Shown piece after piece: positions 15,172 through 24,100 of a DNA stretch of 64,000 nucleotides (position 1 is the stretch's first letter; every line of letters starts with the position of its first letter). This DNA is from an uncultured Chloroflexia bacterium (GTDB lineage: Bacteria; Chloroflexota; Limnocylindria; Limnocylindrales; CSP1-4): NCBI GenBank assembly GCA_963707215.1, contig CAVPPB010000002.1:256001-320000 (forward strand), read 5' to 3'. The notes under the pieces are model-generated. The model did not search any database. It had not been told where the DNA came from and saw nothing but the letters and a program-made list of their open reading frames with translations. A program made the translations under genes and the position numbers.

Positions 15172-16164
15172 GTGACGACGATCGGCTACGCCGCGATGCT
15201 CGAGCAGTTCCACCCGACCGACCTGCTCGACTGGTGCGAGGCCGCCGAGGGGGCCGGCTTCTCGGCCGGCTTCATGGTCTCCGAACACTTCCACCCCTGG
15301 ACCCCGCAGCAGGGCCAGAGCGCCTTCGCCTGGTCGTTCATGGGTGCGCTCGGTCAACGGACCAGCCTGCCGTTCGGCTGCGCCGTCACCTGCCCGGGGT
15401 TCCGATATCACCCGGCGGTCATCGCCCATGCCGCGGCGACCCTCGGTGCGATGTACCCGGGTCGCTTCTGGCTCGGCCTCGGCGCCGGCGAGGCGCTGAA
15501 CGAGCACATCCTCGGCGGCGAGTGGCCGGAGATCGGCGTCCGCAGCTCGATGCTCTTCGAGGCCATCGAGGTCATCGACAAGCTGTTCACGGGCAAGGTC
15601 GTCCGCCACCGCGGCGAGCACTTCAAGCTCGAGAGCGCCCGGCTGTACACGATCCCGCCGGAGGGCCAGCGGGTCCCGATCTTCGTGGCGACCGCGGGAC
15701 CCCTCAACGCGAAGCGCACCGGCCGGTACGCCGACGGGATGATCACCGTCGGGGCTGCCGACGAGAAGATCAAGATGCTCTGGCAGAAGTGTGACGAGGG
15801 CTGCGCCGAGGCGAACAAGCCGCTCGGTACGCCGAAGCTCCTGCAGGTCCACGTCTCCTGGGCCCGGACGGACGAGGAGGCGGTCGACCAGGCGGTGCGG
15901 GAGTGGCCCAACGGCGGGATGCCCTTCCCCAAGCAGGACATCAAGAACCCCGAGGACTTCGCCGCGATGGCCAAGCTGGTCGGACCGGAGGACTTCGTCA
16001 ACCGGGTCCTGATGACCAGCGACCTCGATGCCCATCGGGCCCACATCCAGCACTACATCGACATGGGCTTCGACGAGGTCCACGTCCACAACGTCGGTCG
16101 CAACCAGGCCGAGTTCATCGAGGCCTTCGGCGCGGAGGTCCTGCCGGCCCTTCGGCTCGACTGA
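15172..16164 (+). CDS. LLM-class F420-dependent oxidoreductase (G6PDH-like family)
   Basis: IGYAAMLEQFHP, SEHFHPW..QGQSAFAWS, AVTCPGFRYHPA, GAGEALNE. Confidence 0.85.
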   Translation: MTTIGYAAMLEQFHPTDLLDWCEAAEGAGFSAGFMVSEHFHPWTPQQGQSAFAWSFMGALGQRTSLPFGCAVTCPGFRYHPAVIAHAAATLGAMYPGRFWLGLGAGEALNEHILGGEWPEIGVRSSMLFEAIEVIDKLFTGKVVRHRGEHFKLESARLYTIPPEGQRVPIFVATAGPLNAKRTGRYADGMITVGAADEKIKMLWQKCDEGCAEANKPLGTPKLLQVHVSWARTDEEAVDQAVREWPNGGMPFPKQDIKNPEDFAAMAKLVGPEDFVNRVLMTSDLDAHRAHIQHYIDMGFDEVHVHNVGRNQAEFIEAFGAEVLPALRLD

Positions 16165-16203
16165 GGCCGGCGCGGCCGGTGAGCGACGGCTCTCCGTCCC
16201 CGG

Positions 16204-17617
16204 TCAGCCCGCCTTCCGATACCGCCGGGCGATCAGCGCGTAGGCCGGCAGCCGGGCCGCCAGCGCCTCGCTGACCGGCGGGGCCGGGCGGCCGTCGCGT
16301 CCTTCGACGGCCAGCAGCAGATCCGTCGCCGTCGCGTCCGCCGGCCGGGCGTCGACCTCGGCCAGGTCGATCGCGACCTGGCCCGGAACCGCCCCACCGA
16401 GCTCCGCGATCCGGTCGTCCGGCCGCCTGCCGGCCTCGTACTCGAGCCGCAGCTCGGCCTCCGAGCGCCAGGTCGGGCGGCGCAGCAGGATGGCCCGCCA
16501 GGCGTCGGCCACAACCGGTTCGACCGTCCCGTCGCCCGGCCGTGGCGTCGACGACAGCCGCTCGCCGCGGGCCCACAGGGCGGCCTGGTGGAGCAGGGCG
16601 TACTCGTCGAGGTCGGCGTAGTCGGACAGCCGCTCGGCCGGCGAACCCTCGCCGAAGATGGCCCGGACGCTCGGCCCGAAGACCCCGGCCAGGTCGAGGT
16701 CGATGGCCCGCACGGTGCGGTGGAAGTAGACGTTCCGGTACATGAACAGGCGGGCCGTCAGGAACATCTCGAGCGCCCCCAGGCCCGGCTCGTAGAGCGT
16801 CAGCCCACGCTCCGAGACGAACGTGTAGCGGCGCAGGCGCTCGACGTCGACCGGCCCGATGGCGACCCCCGTCAGGTAGGCGTCGCGGCGGACGAAGTCG
16901 AGGTTGTCGACGGTGAAGACGCCCGAGAAGAGCGGCTGGAGCCAGCGCACCCAGCGTGGCATCGCTGGGTCGGCCAGGGCCGGCTTGGAGACGAGGAAGG
17001 CGACCCAGCGCGGGTCGATCGACTCGCCGTCCGCGAAGGCGTCGAGCTCGGGGCGTCCGCCCGGCGCCCGGCGCAGCGCCCGGATGAGCCCAGCCAGCTC
17101 GGCCTCGATGATCCGCTGCGAGAGATCCTCGTGGGAGAGCGGCTTGCCGGCCGGCCGGCGCGGGTCGCTCGGGGGCAGGGTAGGCGGCCAGGACCTGCTC
17201 GTCGAAGAAGTGGGCGAACGGCCCATGGCCGACGTCGTGGAGCAGCCCGGCGACGCGGAGGGTCTCGACGACGAGGCCCTCCGAGGGGATCAGCTCCGTC
17301 GGCGCCACCGCCGCGAGTGCCTGCCGCAGCGACGGATACAGCGAGCGGCCCCAGAGGCCGGCCTCGTGCATGACGCCCAGGCCGTGGGTGAACCGCGAGT
17401 GCTCGGCGGTCGGGAAGACCCAGCGGCCGCTCTGGAGCTGGCTGATCCGGCGGAGGCGCTGGAGCCAGGTCGTGTCGAGGAGGTCCTCCTCGGCGACGTC
17501 CTCGGCGGCCAGCCCGGCCGCCGCCGCCTCGTCGGGCCCGAGCCGCTTCGTCAGCTCGACGTAGCCATGGATGGGATCCGAGATGAGGTTCACCGCACTG
17601 AACGGATGGCGGCGCAT
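16204..17617 (-). CDS. HD-domain phosphohydrolase, SAMHD1/YwfO-like dNTP triphosphohydrolase family; apparent +1 frameshift near 17172 (G5 run)
   Basis: ISDPIHGYV, LQRLRRISQL, EHSRFTHGLG and LLHDVGHGPFAH, then after the shift SHE, VDNLDFVRRD and RLFMYRNVYFH. Confidence 0.85.
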
Positions 17618-18628
17618 CAGCCGTCCTCGCCGTCGCTCGGGTAGAGGTCGGCCATCCGGCTGGCCGTCGCGGCGACGTCGGCACGAAGGTCGGGCGGTCC
17701 GAGCACCTCGACGTCGTCGCCCCAGGACAGGATCCAGAGCCGGACCTCGATGGTCCCGCTGACGATCGCCCGCCAGACGATCGAGCCGTCGGGCTCGGCC
17801 TCCACCCGCTGGCTCGGATGCCAGGTGGCCTCCTGGACGCGGGCGGCGACCGCGGGGCGGAAGCGCAGGACGATCTCCGTCGGCGGCTGGTCGGCGATGA
17901 TGTCCCAGGCCAGCGGGAGCGAGTCCTCGACCGTCGCCTCGGTCGGCTCGAAGGTCTCCGCCGTGACCGTCAGCTCGCGGATCCGCTCGATCTTGAACGT
18001 CCTGACGGCGCCGCGTGACTCGTCGAAGCCGATGAGGTAGAGCGCATGGGTGACCAGGGACGGCTCGATGAGGTACGGGCGGACCCTGGCCTGCCGGGGC
18101 GTCGCGTCGCGGCCCTCGTAGGCGACCCGGCTCATAGGTCAGGTCGACGATCCGTCGGTCGGCCCAGGCCCTGGTCAGCTGGTGGACGTGCCGCTCGAAT
18201 CGCTCGTCCCGCGGCCGCTCGGCCATGCCCTGGAGGGTCCGCTCCACGTGGGCGGCCAGCGTCGGCGGCAGGACCTCGCGCAGCTTCTGGAAGGCCGCTG
18301 CCAGGTCGGGGTCGTAGCTGTCCGCGTAGCGGGCCATGAGGCGTGACGACAGGACGACCGCCATCGCCTCCGGCAGGGTCAGCTTGAGCGGCGGCAGGAA
18401 GCCCTCGCCCGCCACGCCCCAGCGGCCGGCCCCGTCGCTCCAGACCGGGACTCCGATCTCGTCCTCGAGCGCCCGCAGGTCGCGGTAGACCGTCCGTCGA
18501 CTGACCCCGACCCGTCGGGCGATCTCGTCGATGCGGACCCCGGCCTCGCCGTGGCCCTGGAGGACCTGGACGACCCGGTAGAACCGGGCCAATCGGTCGC
18601 GCTTGCCGCCGCGTTCGTCCTCGAGCAT
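17617..18628 (-). CDS. HTH-WYL-WCX transcriptional regulator (YafY/PafBC/DriD-like); apparent +1 frameshift near 18126
   Basis: N-terminal wHTH GVSRRTVYRDLRAL, LTLPEAMA; after the shift RVRPYLI..LYLIG..VRTFKIERI (WYL), WHPSQ and WILSWGDDVEVLGP (WCX). Confidence 0.85.
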
Positions 18629-18641
18629 CCGTCCTCCCCCT

Positions 18642-19823
18642 TCAGTTCGGCCGCGGGATCGAGACCGGCTCGCCCCGGCGCGTCGCGTCGAGGGTCACCC
18701 GGATCGTTCCCAGGACGCCGGCCGGCGTCATCGCCGCACCCTCGCCGTTGAGATAGCCATCCAGCCGCCCCAGCTGGCTGTCGGCGAAGACCCAGTAGTC
18801 CAGCTCGCCGCGCCAGCGCTCGACGGCCTCCGGGTCGACGAGCCAGTCGATCTGCGGGAAGGCGGCCCGGAAGGTCGGACCGTCGACGGCGATCCGACAG
18901 CGTCGAGCGAGGGCGCCCTCCACCAGGTCCGTGCCGCGATCCTCGGCCGCGACCCGGTTCCCGGCGGTGAGGGCGGTGGCCACGACGTTGAGGTCGAGCA
19001 GGCTCGGATCGAGCGAAGCGGGATCCACCGGGGTCCATCCGCTGCCGGGCGCCAGGACCCAGCCCTGGTCGCCCCGGCGGACGACCCCATGCGGGCCCAG
19101 GACGATCCCCGATGCCGCGAACCCGGACCAGCGGACGTCGGAGCCGTCCCGGACGCCCTCGGCCTCGCCCCAGCCCGCGGCCCGCTGGTCGACGGTCGAG
19201 CGGAGCTCGAGTCGGACGCGGGCGGTCGTCCCGGCAGCCAGCGGCCCGTCGCATGGCGGCGGCTCGAGCTCGGGGTCGGTGGGACCGTACGGCGAGCTCG
19301 CCGCGGGTCGATCGCGGACGGCCCGGTCGTTGGCGATCGCGGCCGTGGCGAACGGGACCGCCGCCACCAGGAGGAGGCCCGCGGCGATGCCCGAGCCCAG
19401 GGTCAGGCGCGGACGGCGCAGGCTCGACTCGCCCAGGATCCGCCGGGCCACGCCCAGGCCCGCGAACAGGGCCGTGCCAGCCATCGCGAGGAGCCAGGGG
19501 TAGCCGGCCTCGACCGACGGCAGGAGCGTCTGCGGGCCCCCCGAGGTGAGCTGCTCGACGAGCGCCAGGATCGACGGGGTGAGCAGGAGGGCGGCCCCGA
19601 TCCCGAGCCACGCCACGACGGCGAATGCCCGGTCGCCGCGGGCGACCGGCGGCCAGGCCAGGGCCAGGCCCGCGACGATGACCGCGGGGATAGCCGCCAG
19701 GCCGACGAGGAGATCGGCCGGACCGCCCGGCCGGTAGCCGACCAGGACGAGGACGGCAGCCGCCGCCCAGGCGATCGTCAGGATCCCGGCCAGGAGGCGG
19801 AGCTCGAAGCGTCTGACGCGCAT
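18642..19823 (-). CDS. Hypothetical membrane protein (about 5 TM) with C-terminal extracytoplasmic domain
   Basis: Hydrophobic helices in the N-terminal half; TAGACT 7 nt before ATG 19823. Confidence 0.7.
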   Translation of the reverse strand: MRVRRFELRLLAGILTIAWAAAAVLVLVGYRPGGPADLLVGLAAIPAVIVAGLALAWPPVARGDRAFAVVAWLGIGAALLLTPSILALVEQLTSGGPQTLLPSVEAGYPWLLAMAGTALFAGLGVARRILGESSLRRPRLTLGSGIAAGLLLVAAVPFATAAIANDRAVRDRPAASSPYGPTDPELEPPPCDGPLAAGTTARVRLELRSTVDQRAAGWGEAEGVRDGSDVRWSGFAASGIVLGPHGVVRRGDQGWVLAPGSGWTPVDPASLDPSLLDLNVVATALTAGNRVAAEDRGTDLVEGALARRCRIAVDGPTFRAAFPQIDWLVDPEAVERWRGELDYWVFADSQLGRLDGYLNGEGAAMTPAGVLGTIRVTLDATRRGEPVSIPRPN

Positions 19824-20153
19824 CGCCGCCAGTCTAGCGGCCGCATCTGCCCGTACCCCCATCGCCCAGGACCCATGGGTCATCGACGTGACCCGGTGGC
19901 GATGCCATCGTCACCGCACCACACCGGACCGGGTCCCATCGACCTGGACCCACCGGACCGAAAAGCCACCGCCGCCCCGGTCCCTCCCCGTGGCGTCGGC
20001 TCCCTCCCGAAGCGGCGCGATCCCTCCTCCCGCGCCGCTTCGGCGTGTTCGCGGTCCGCATCGGCAGTCGCGCCGCGCCTGGGACGAGGGCGCCGGGTGG
20101 GCTAGAATCGCCGCTCCGCCCGCCTGGCGGATCAGAAACGGAGTGAGGATGAC

Positions 20154-21419
20154 ATGACCGAACGCGAACCCGGGGACCCGGGCGCGACCCCGGAGCCGTC
20201 GGGCGACGCTCCGGCCGCCCCGGAGCCGACCCCCACCGAGCCGACCCCCACCGAGCCGACCCCCACCGAGCCCACCTCGGCCGCAGGCGATGCGGCCGCC
20301 GCCACGGCCGCCGCCGGCGCGACCGGCGCAGCCGCCGGGGCAGGTACCCCTGCGCCGAGCAGCCCTCCGCCACCCACGACGCCACCCACGTCCACGACCA
20401 CGACGGCCGGCCCGACCGGCGGGGACAACCGCACCCTGCTCCTCCTCGGCCTCGCCGTCATCGTCATCGCGGTCATCGCTGCCCTGCTCCTGCTCAACCA
20501 GGGGAACGGTGAGAGCGGCGCCACTCCCGAGCCGTCCGCTTCTGCCAGCGCCGAGGCCAGCGCGTCGCCGGAGGCCAGCCCGTCCGAAGAGCCGTCGCCT
20601 GAGCCGAGCCTCGACGCCTGCGCGATCGAGAACCTGGCCGTGGCGACCGCCGGCCAGCTGACCGTCGGCACCGACAACCCGGCCTACCCGCCGTACTTCG
20701 AGGCCGGCGACGGCCCCTTCACCGAGCCGTGGGAGGACCTCGGCTTCACCGGCGATCCGGGCAGCGGCAAGGGCTTCGAGAGCGCGGTCGCCTACGCCGT
20801 GGCCGAGGAGCTCGGCTTCGGCGCCGACGAGGTCAGCTGGGTCGTCGTGCCGTTCGCCAACGCCTTCGCCCCGGGACCCAAGGAGTTCGACTTCGTCATC
20901 AACCAGGTCTCCTACAAGCCTGAGCGGGCCGAGGCCGTCGACCTGACCGAGGGCTACTACGAGCTCAACCAGGCCGTCGTCGCCCTCAAGGACAACCCGG
21001 CAGCCGCCGCGACCACGCTCGCCGAGCTGAAGGCGTTCAAGTTCGGTGCCCAGGTCGGGACGACCAGCTACGACGCGATCATCAACGTCATCGCGCCGGC
21101 AACGGACCCGTCGGTCTACGACACGAACGACGCCGCGATCGAGGCGCTCAAGGCGAAGCAGATCGACGCTATCGTCGTCGACCTGCCGACGTCGGACTTC
21201 ATCACCCGGGTCCAGATCGACGATGGCTCGGCGACGATCGTCGGCCAGCTCGAGCCCTTCGGCGGGACCCCCGAGTACTTCAGCCTGGTCATCGAGAAGG
21301 ACAGCGCGCTGACGGACTGCGTCAACGCGGCGCTCGGCTCGCTCCGCGATGCCGGCGCGCTCGACGACCTTGCCGCCGAGTGGCTCCCGTTCCAGGAGGA
21401 CGTCCCGTTCATCAAGTAG
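20154..21419 (+). CDS. Polar amino acid ABC transporter substrate-binding protein, TM-anchored
   Basis: LTVGTDNPAYPP, GFE..VAYAVA, ERAEAVD..YY, GAQVGTT, IDAIVVD (SBP_bac_3 pattern). Confidence 0.9.
   Translation: MTEREPGDPGATPEPSGDAPAAPEPTPTEPTPTEPTPTEPTSAAGDAAAATAAAGATGAAAGAGTPAPSSPPPPTTPPTSTTTTAGPTGGDNRTLLLLGLAVIVIAVIAALLLLNQGNGESGATPEPSASASAEASASPEASPSEEPSPEPSLDACAIENLAVATAGQLTVGTDNPAYPPYFEAGDGPFTEPWEDLGFTGDPGSGKGFESAVAYAVAEELGFGADEVSWVVVPFANAFAPGPKEFDFVINQVSYKPERAEAVDLTEGYYELNQAVVALKDNPAAAATTLAELKAFKFGAQVGTTSYDAIINVIAPATDPSVYDTNDAAIEALKAKQIDAIVVDLPTSDFITRVQIDDGSATIVGQLEPFGGTPEYFSLVIEKDSALTDCVNAALGSLRDAGALDDLAAEWLPFQEDVPFIK
20223..20276 (+). repeat. In-frame 15-bp tandem repeat (GAGCCGACCCCCACC x3.6; EPTPT)
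   Basis: Read directly in the sequence, inside the SBP N-terminus. Confidence 0.9.
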
Positions 21420-21438
21420 CGACCGCCGACCAGCCGTC

Positions 21439-22320
21439 GTGAGCTCCGGTCCCGGCCTGTCCGACCTCGGCCCCACCGTGGGTCCCCCGTCGGACAGGCC
21501 GGTCCGCGTCCGGCGCCGTCGACGCCGCGTGTCGTGGCGCTCGCTCGTCGTCGCCGCGGTCAGCACGGTCGTCTTCTTCTCGGCCCTCGGCTGGATCGTG
21601 GTCAATGCCCCGGGCTGGACGGCGTTCCAGGAGTCGTTCCTCGACGCCGAGATCTTCTGGGCTTCGCTGCCCGACGTCGTCGAGGCATTCTGGGTCAACA
21701 TCCGCCTGTTCATGATCGCCGAGGTCATCATCCTGGCCTTCGGCCTGGTGCTGGCCGTCCTTCGGAGCCTGCCGGGGCCGGTCTTCTTCCCGGTCCGCCT
21801 GCTCGCCACCGTCTACGTCGACCTCTTCCGAGCGCTCCCGGGCGTCCTGGTCATCTTCATGCTGGGCTTCGGGATCCCGGGGCTCGGCATCGCCGGTGTC
21901 CCGGTGGAGCCGTTCCTGTGGGGCGTCGTGACGCTCTCGCTCCTGTACTCGGCCTACGTCTCCGAGGTCTACCGGGCCGGCATCGAGTCGGTCCACCCAA
22001 GCCAGGAGGCGGCCGCCCGGTCGCTCGGCCTCAGCCGCTTCCAGGCGCTCCGCCACGTGATCCTGCCGCAGGCTGTGCGGCGGGTCGTCCCGCCACTGCT
22101 CAATGACTTCATCGGGCTCCAGAAGGACACCGTGCTCGTCTCGTTCATCGGCGTCGTCGAGATCTTCCGGACCGCCCAGATCAAGCAGGCCGCGACGTTC
22201 AACTTCACCCCCTACCTCGCGGTCGCGCTCGTCTTCATCCTCGTGACCTTCCCGCTCGCCCGACTCACCGATTGGCTCGTTGCCCGGGACCGGGCGAAGG
22301 CCGCGACGGGAGCGCGCTGA
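21439..22320 (+). CDS. Polar amino acid ABC transporter permease
   Basis: YVDLFRALP, AYVSEVYRAGIESV..QEAAARSLG (EAA motif), LPQAVRR, LQKDT. Confidence 0.9.
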   Translation: MSSGPGLSDLGPTVGPPSDRPVRVRRRRRRVSWRSLVVAAVSTVVFFSALGWIVVNAPGWTAFQESFLDAEIFWASLPDVVEAFWVNIRLFMIAEVIILAFGLVLAVLRSLPGPVFFPVRLLATVYVDLFRALPGVLVIFMLGFGIPGLGIAGVPVEPFLWGVVTLSLLYSAYVSEVYRAGIESVHPSQEAAARSLGLSRFQALRHVILPQAVRRVVPPLLNDFIGLQKDTVLVSFIGVVEIFRTAQIKQAATFNFTPYLAVALVFILVTFPLARLTDWLVARDRAKAATGAR

Positions 22321-23075
22321 TGCCGCCAGCCGGCGAGGCCCTCAGGATCGAGGGCCTCCACAAGTCCTTCGGGGAGTTGGAGGTCCTGCGCGGAATCGAC
22401 CTCGTGGTCGCCGAGCACGAGGTCATCTGCCTGATCGGGGCCTCCGGCTCGGGCAAGTCGACCCTGCTGCGATGCGTGAACCTGCTCGAGGAGATCGACG
22501 CGGGTCGCATCGTCGTCGAGGGCGAGGAGATCACGGCCCCGAAGGTCGACGTCGACCGGATCCGCCGGCGGATCGGCATCGTCTTCCAGGCCTTCAACCT
22601 GTTCCCCCACATGAGCGTCCTGGACAACGTCGCCCTGGCTCCCCGGAAGGTGCTGCGCAAGCCGCGGAGGGAGGCCGAGGCCGAGGCGCTCGCCCTGCTC
22701 GAGCGGTTCGGCCTGGCCGACAAGCGGGCCGAGTTCCCCGATCGACTCTCGGGCGGCCAGCAGCAGCGCGTCGCCATCGTCCGGGCCCTGGCGATGCAGC
22801 CCGACCTGCTGCTGCTCGACGAGGTCACCAGCGCCCTCGACCCCGAGCTCGTGGCCGAGGTCCTCGACGTCATCCGAGAGCTGGCCGCCGGCGGGATGAC
22901 GATGGTCATCGCGACCCACGAGATGGGCTTCGCCCGCGACATCGCCAACAGAGTCTGCTTCCTCGACGCCGGCCGGATCCTCGAAGAGGGGCCGCCCGAC
23001 CGGATCTTCAGCGATCCTCGCGAGGAGCGGACCCAACGCTTCCTCCAGCGGATCATCGACGCCGGGCGGCTCTAG
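22320..23075 (+). CDS. Polar amino acid ABC transporter ATP-binding protein (GlnQ-like)
   Basis: GASGSGKST, LSGGQQQR, LLLDEVTSALDPE, THEMGFA. Confidence 0.92.
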   Translation: MPPAGEALRIEGLHKSFGELEVLRGIDLVVAEHEVICLIGASGSGKSTLLRCVNLLEEIDAGRIVVEGEEITAPKVDVDRIRRRIGIVFQAFNLFPHMSVLDNVALAPRKVLRKPRREAEAEALALLERFGLADKRAEFPDRLSGGQQQRVAIVRALAMQPDLLLLDEVTSALDPELVAEVLDVIRELAAGGMTMVIATHEMGFARDIANRVCFLDAGRILEEGPPDRIFSDPREERTQRFLQRIIDAGRL

Positions 23076-23111
23076 CGGACATCTGTTCGCCCGGGCTCGG
23101 CCCGTGGCCCG

Positions 23112-23858
23112 TCAGCCCGGGGCCGGCTCCTCGCGCCGACAGGCCTCGACGAACGCCGCCCACAGCCGCTCGAAGACCGTCGGCGTCGACTCGATCCGCT
23201 CCGGGTGGCACTGGACGCCGACGACGAATTGCTCGCCGGGCGCCTCGAGCCCTTCGACCACCCGGAGCCCGCCGGTGTCGGCCATCGCCGCGATCCGGAG
23301 GCCCGGAGCCAGCCCATCGGGGGTCACTGCCTGGTGGTGGTAGGAGTTGACCTCGAGCGTCTGTTCGGGCCCCGCGGGCAGGAGGATCGCTGCGAGCCGC
23401 GTCCCGGGCACGAGCGTGATCGGGTGCATGAGCGCCGGCCCGTGCCCGTATGCCGCTCCCCGGTGGCCCTCCACGTGCTGGGCGAGCGTTCCGCCCATCA
23501 GCACGTTGATCTCGTGCATCCCGCGGCACAATCCCAGGACGGGCAGGCCCCGGGCCTCGGCCTCCTGCCAGGCTGCCGCCTCGAGTTCGTCGCGCTCCGT
23601 CTCGACGTCGACCGCCCCGGCGGGGCTCTGGCCGTACCGACCGGGGTCGACGTCGGCCCCACCCGTCAGCACCAGGCCGTCCATCCGGGCGAAGGCCGAA
23701 TCGCGCATGACCGCGCTCGACGACCCGTCGACGAGGACGGGATCGCCGCCGGCATGCCGGACCGACTCCGCGTAGAGCCGGTTCTTGCGCTCGGCAAGGT
23801 CCGACTCGGAGAGCCGGGTCGGCACCGTTACCGTGAGGACGATCCGCGGCCGCGTCAT
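23112..23858 (-). CDS. Gamma-glutamyl-gamma-aminobutyrate hydrolase family (PuuD-like, peptidase C26)
   Basis: GLVLTGGADVDP, RDELE, LGLCRG (nucleophile), VNSYHHQ, QCHPE. Confidence 0.88.
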   Translation of the reverse strand: MTRPRIVLTVTVPTRLSESDLAERKNRLYAESVRHAGGDPVLVDGSSSAVMRDSAFARMDGLVLTGGADVDPGRYGQSPAGAVDVETERDELEAAAWQEAEARGLPVLGLCRGMHEINVLMGGTLAQHVEGHRGAAYGHGPALMHPITLVPGTRLAAILLPAGPEQTLEVNSYHHQAVTPDGLAPGLRIAAMADTGGLRVVEGLEAPGEQFVVGVQCHPERIESTPTVFERLWAAFVEACRREEPAPG

Positions 23859-24100
23859 GGACGCAGCATAGCCGCGCGTCAGCCGCCGGACCTCGTTCGC
23901 AGCGCGACTGGTTCGAGACCGCGGTCCCGGAGCCCGTCGACGACCCGCCGCAGCGCCTCGAGCGTGAAGGAGCCGCCGACCCGCATCAGGTGACCGAGCC
24001 GCCGCGTGCCCGCCTGAGGAACCGGCCACGATGTCGTCGGCGGTGGGCCCGCCATCCTCGACCGGCTTCCAGTCTCGGGGTGACAGGTCCCAGGGGTCAG

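Noticed and set aside
16115-18628. 837-aa ORF appearing to fuse the WYL N-terminus to the HD domain
   Set aside because: It contains off-frame Arg/Pro-rich stretches; two separate genes with single-base indels explain it better.
20223-20276. 15-bp repeats as a regulatory or CRISPR element
   Set aside because: A simple coding tandem repeat (EPTPT).
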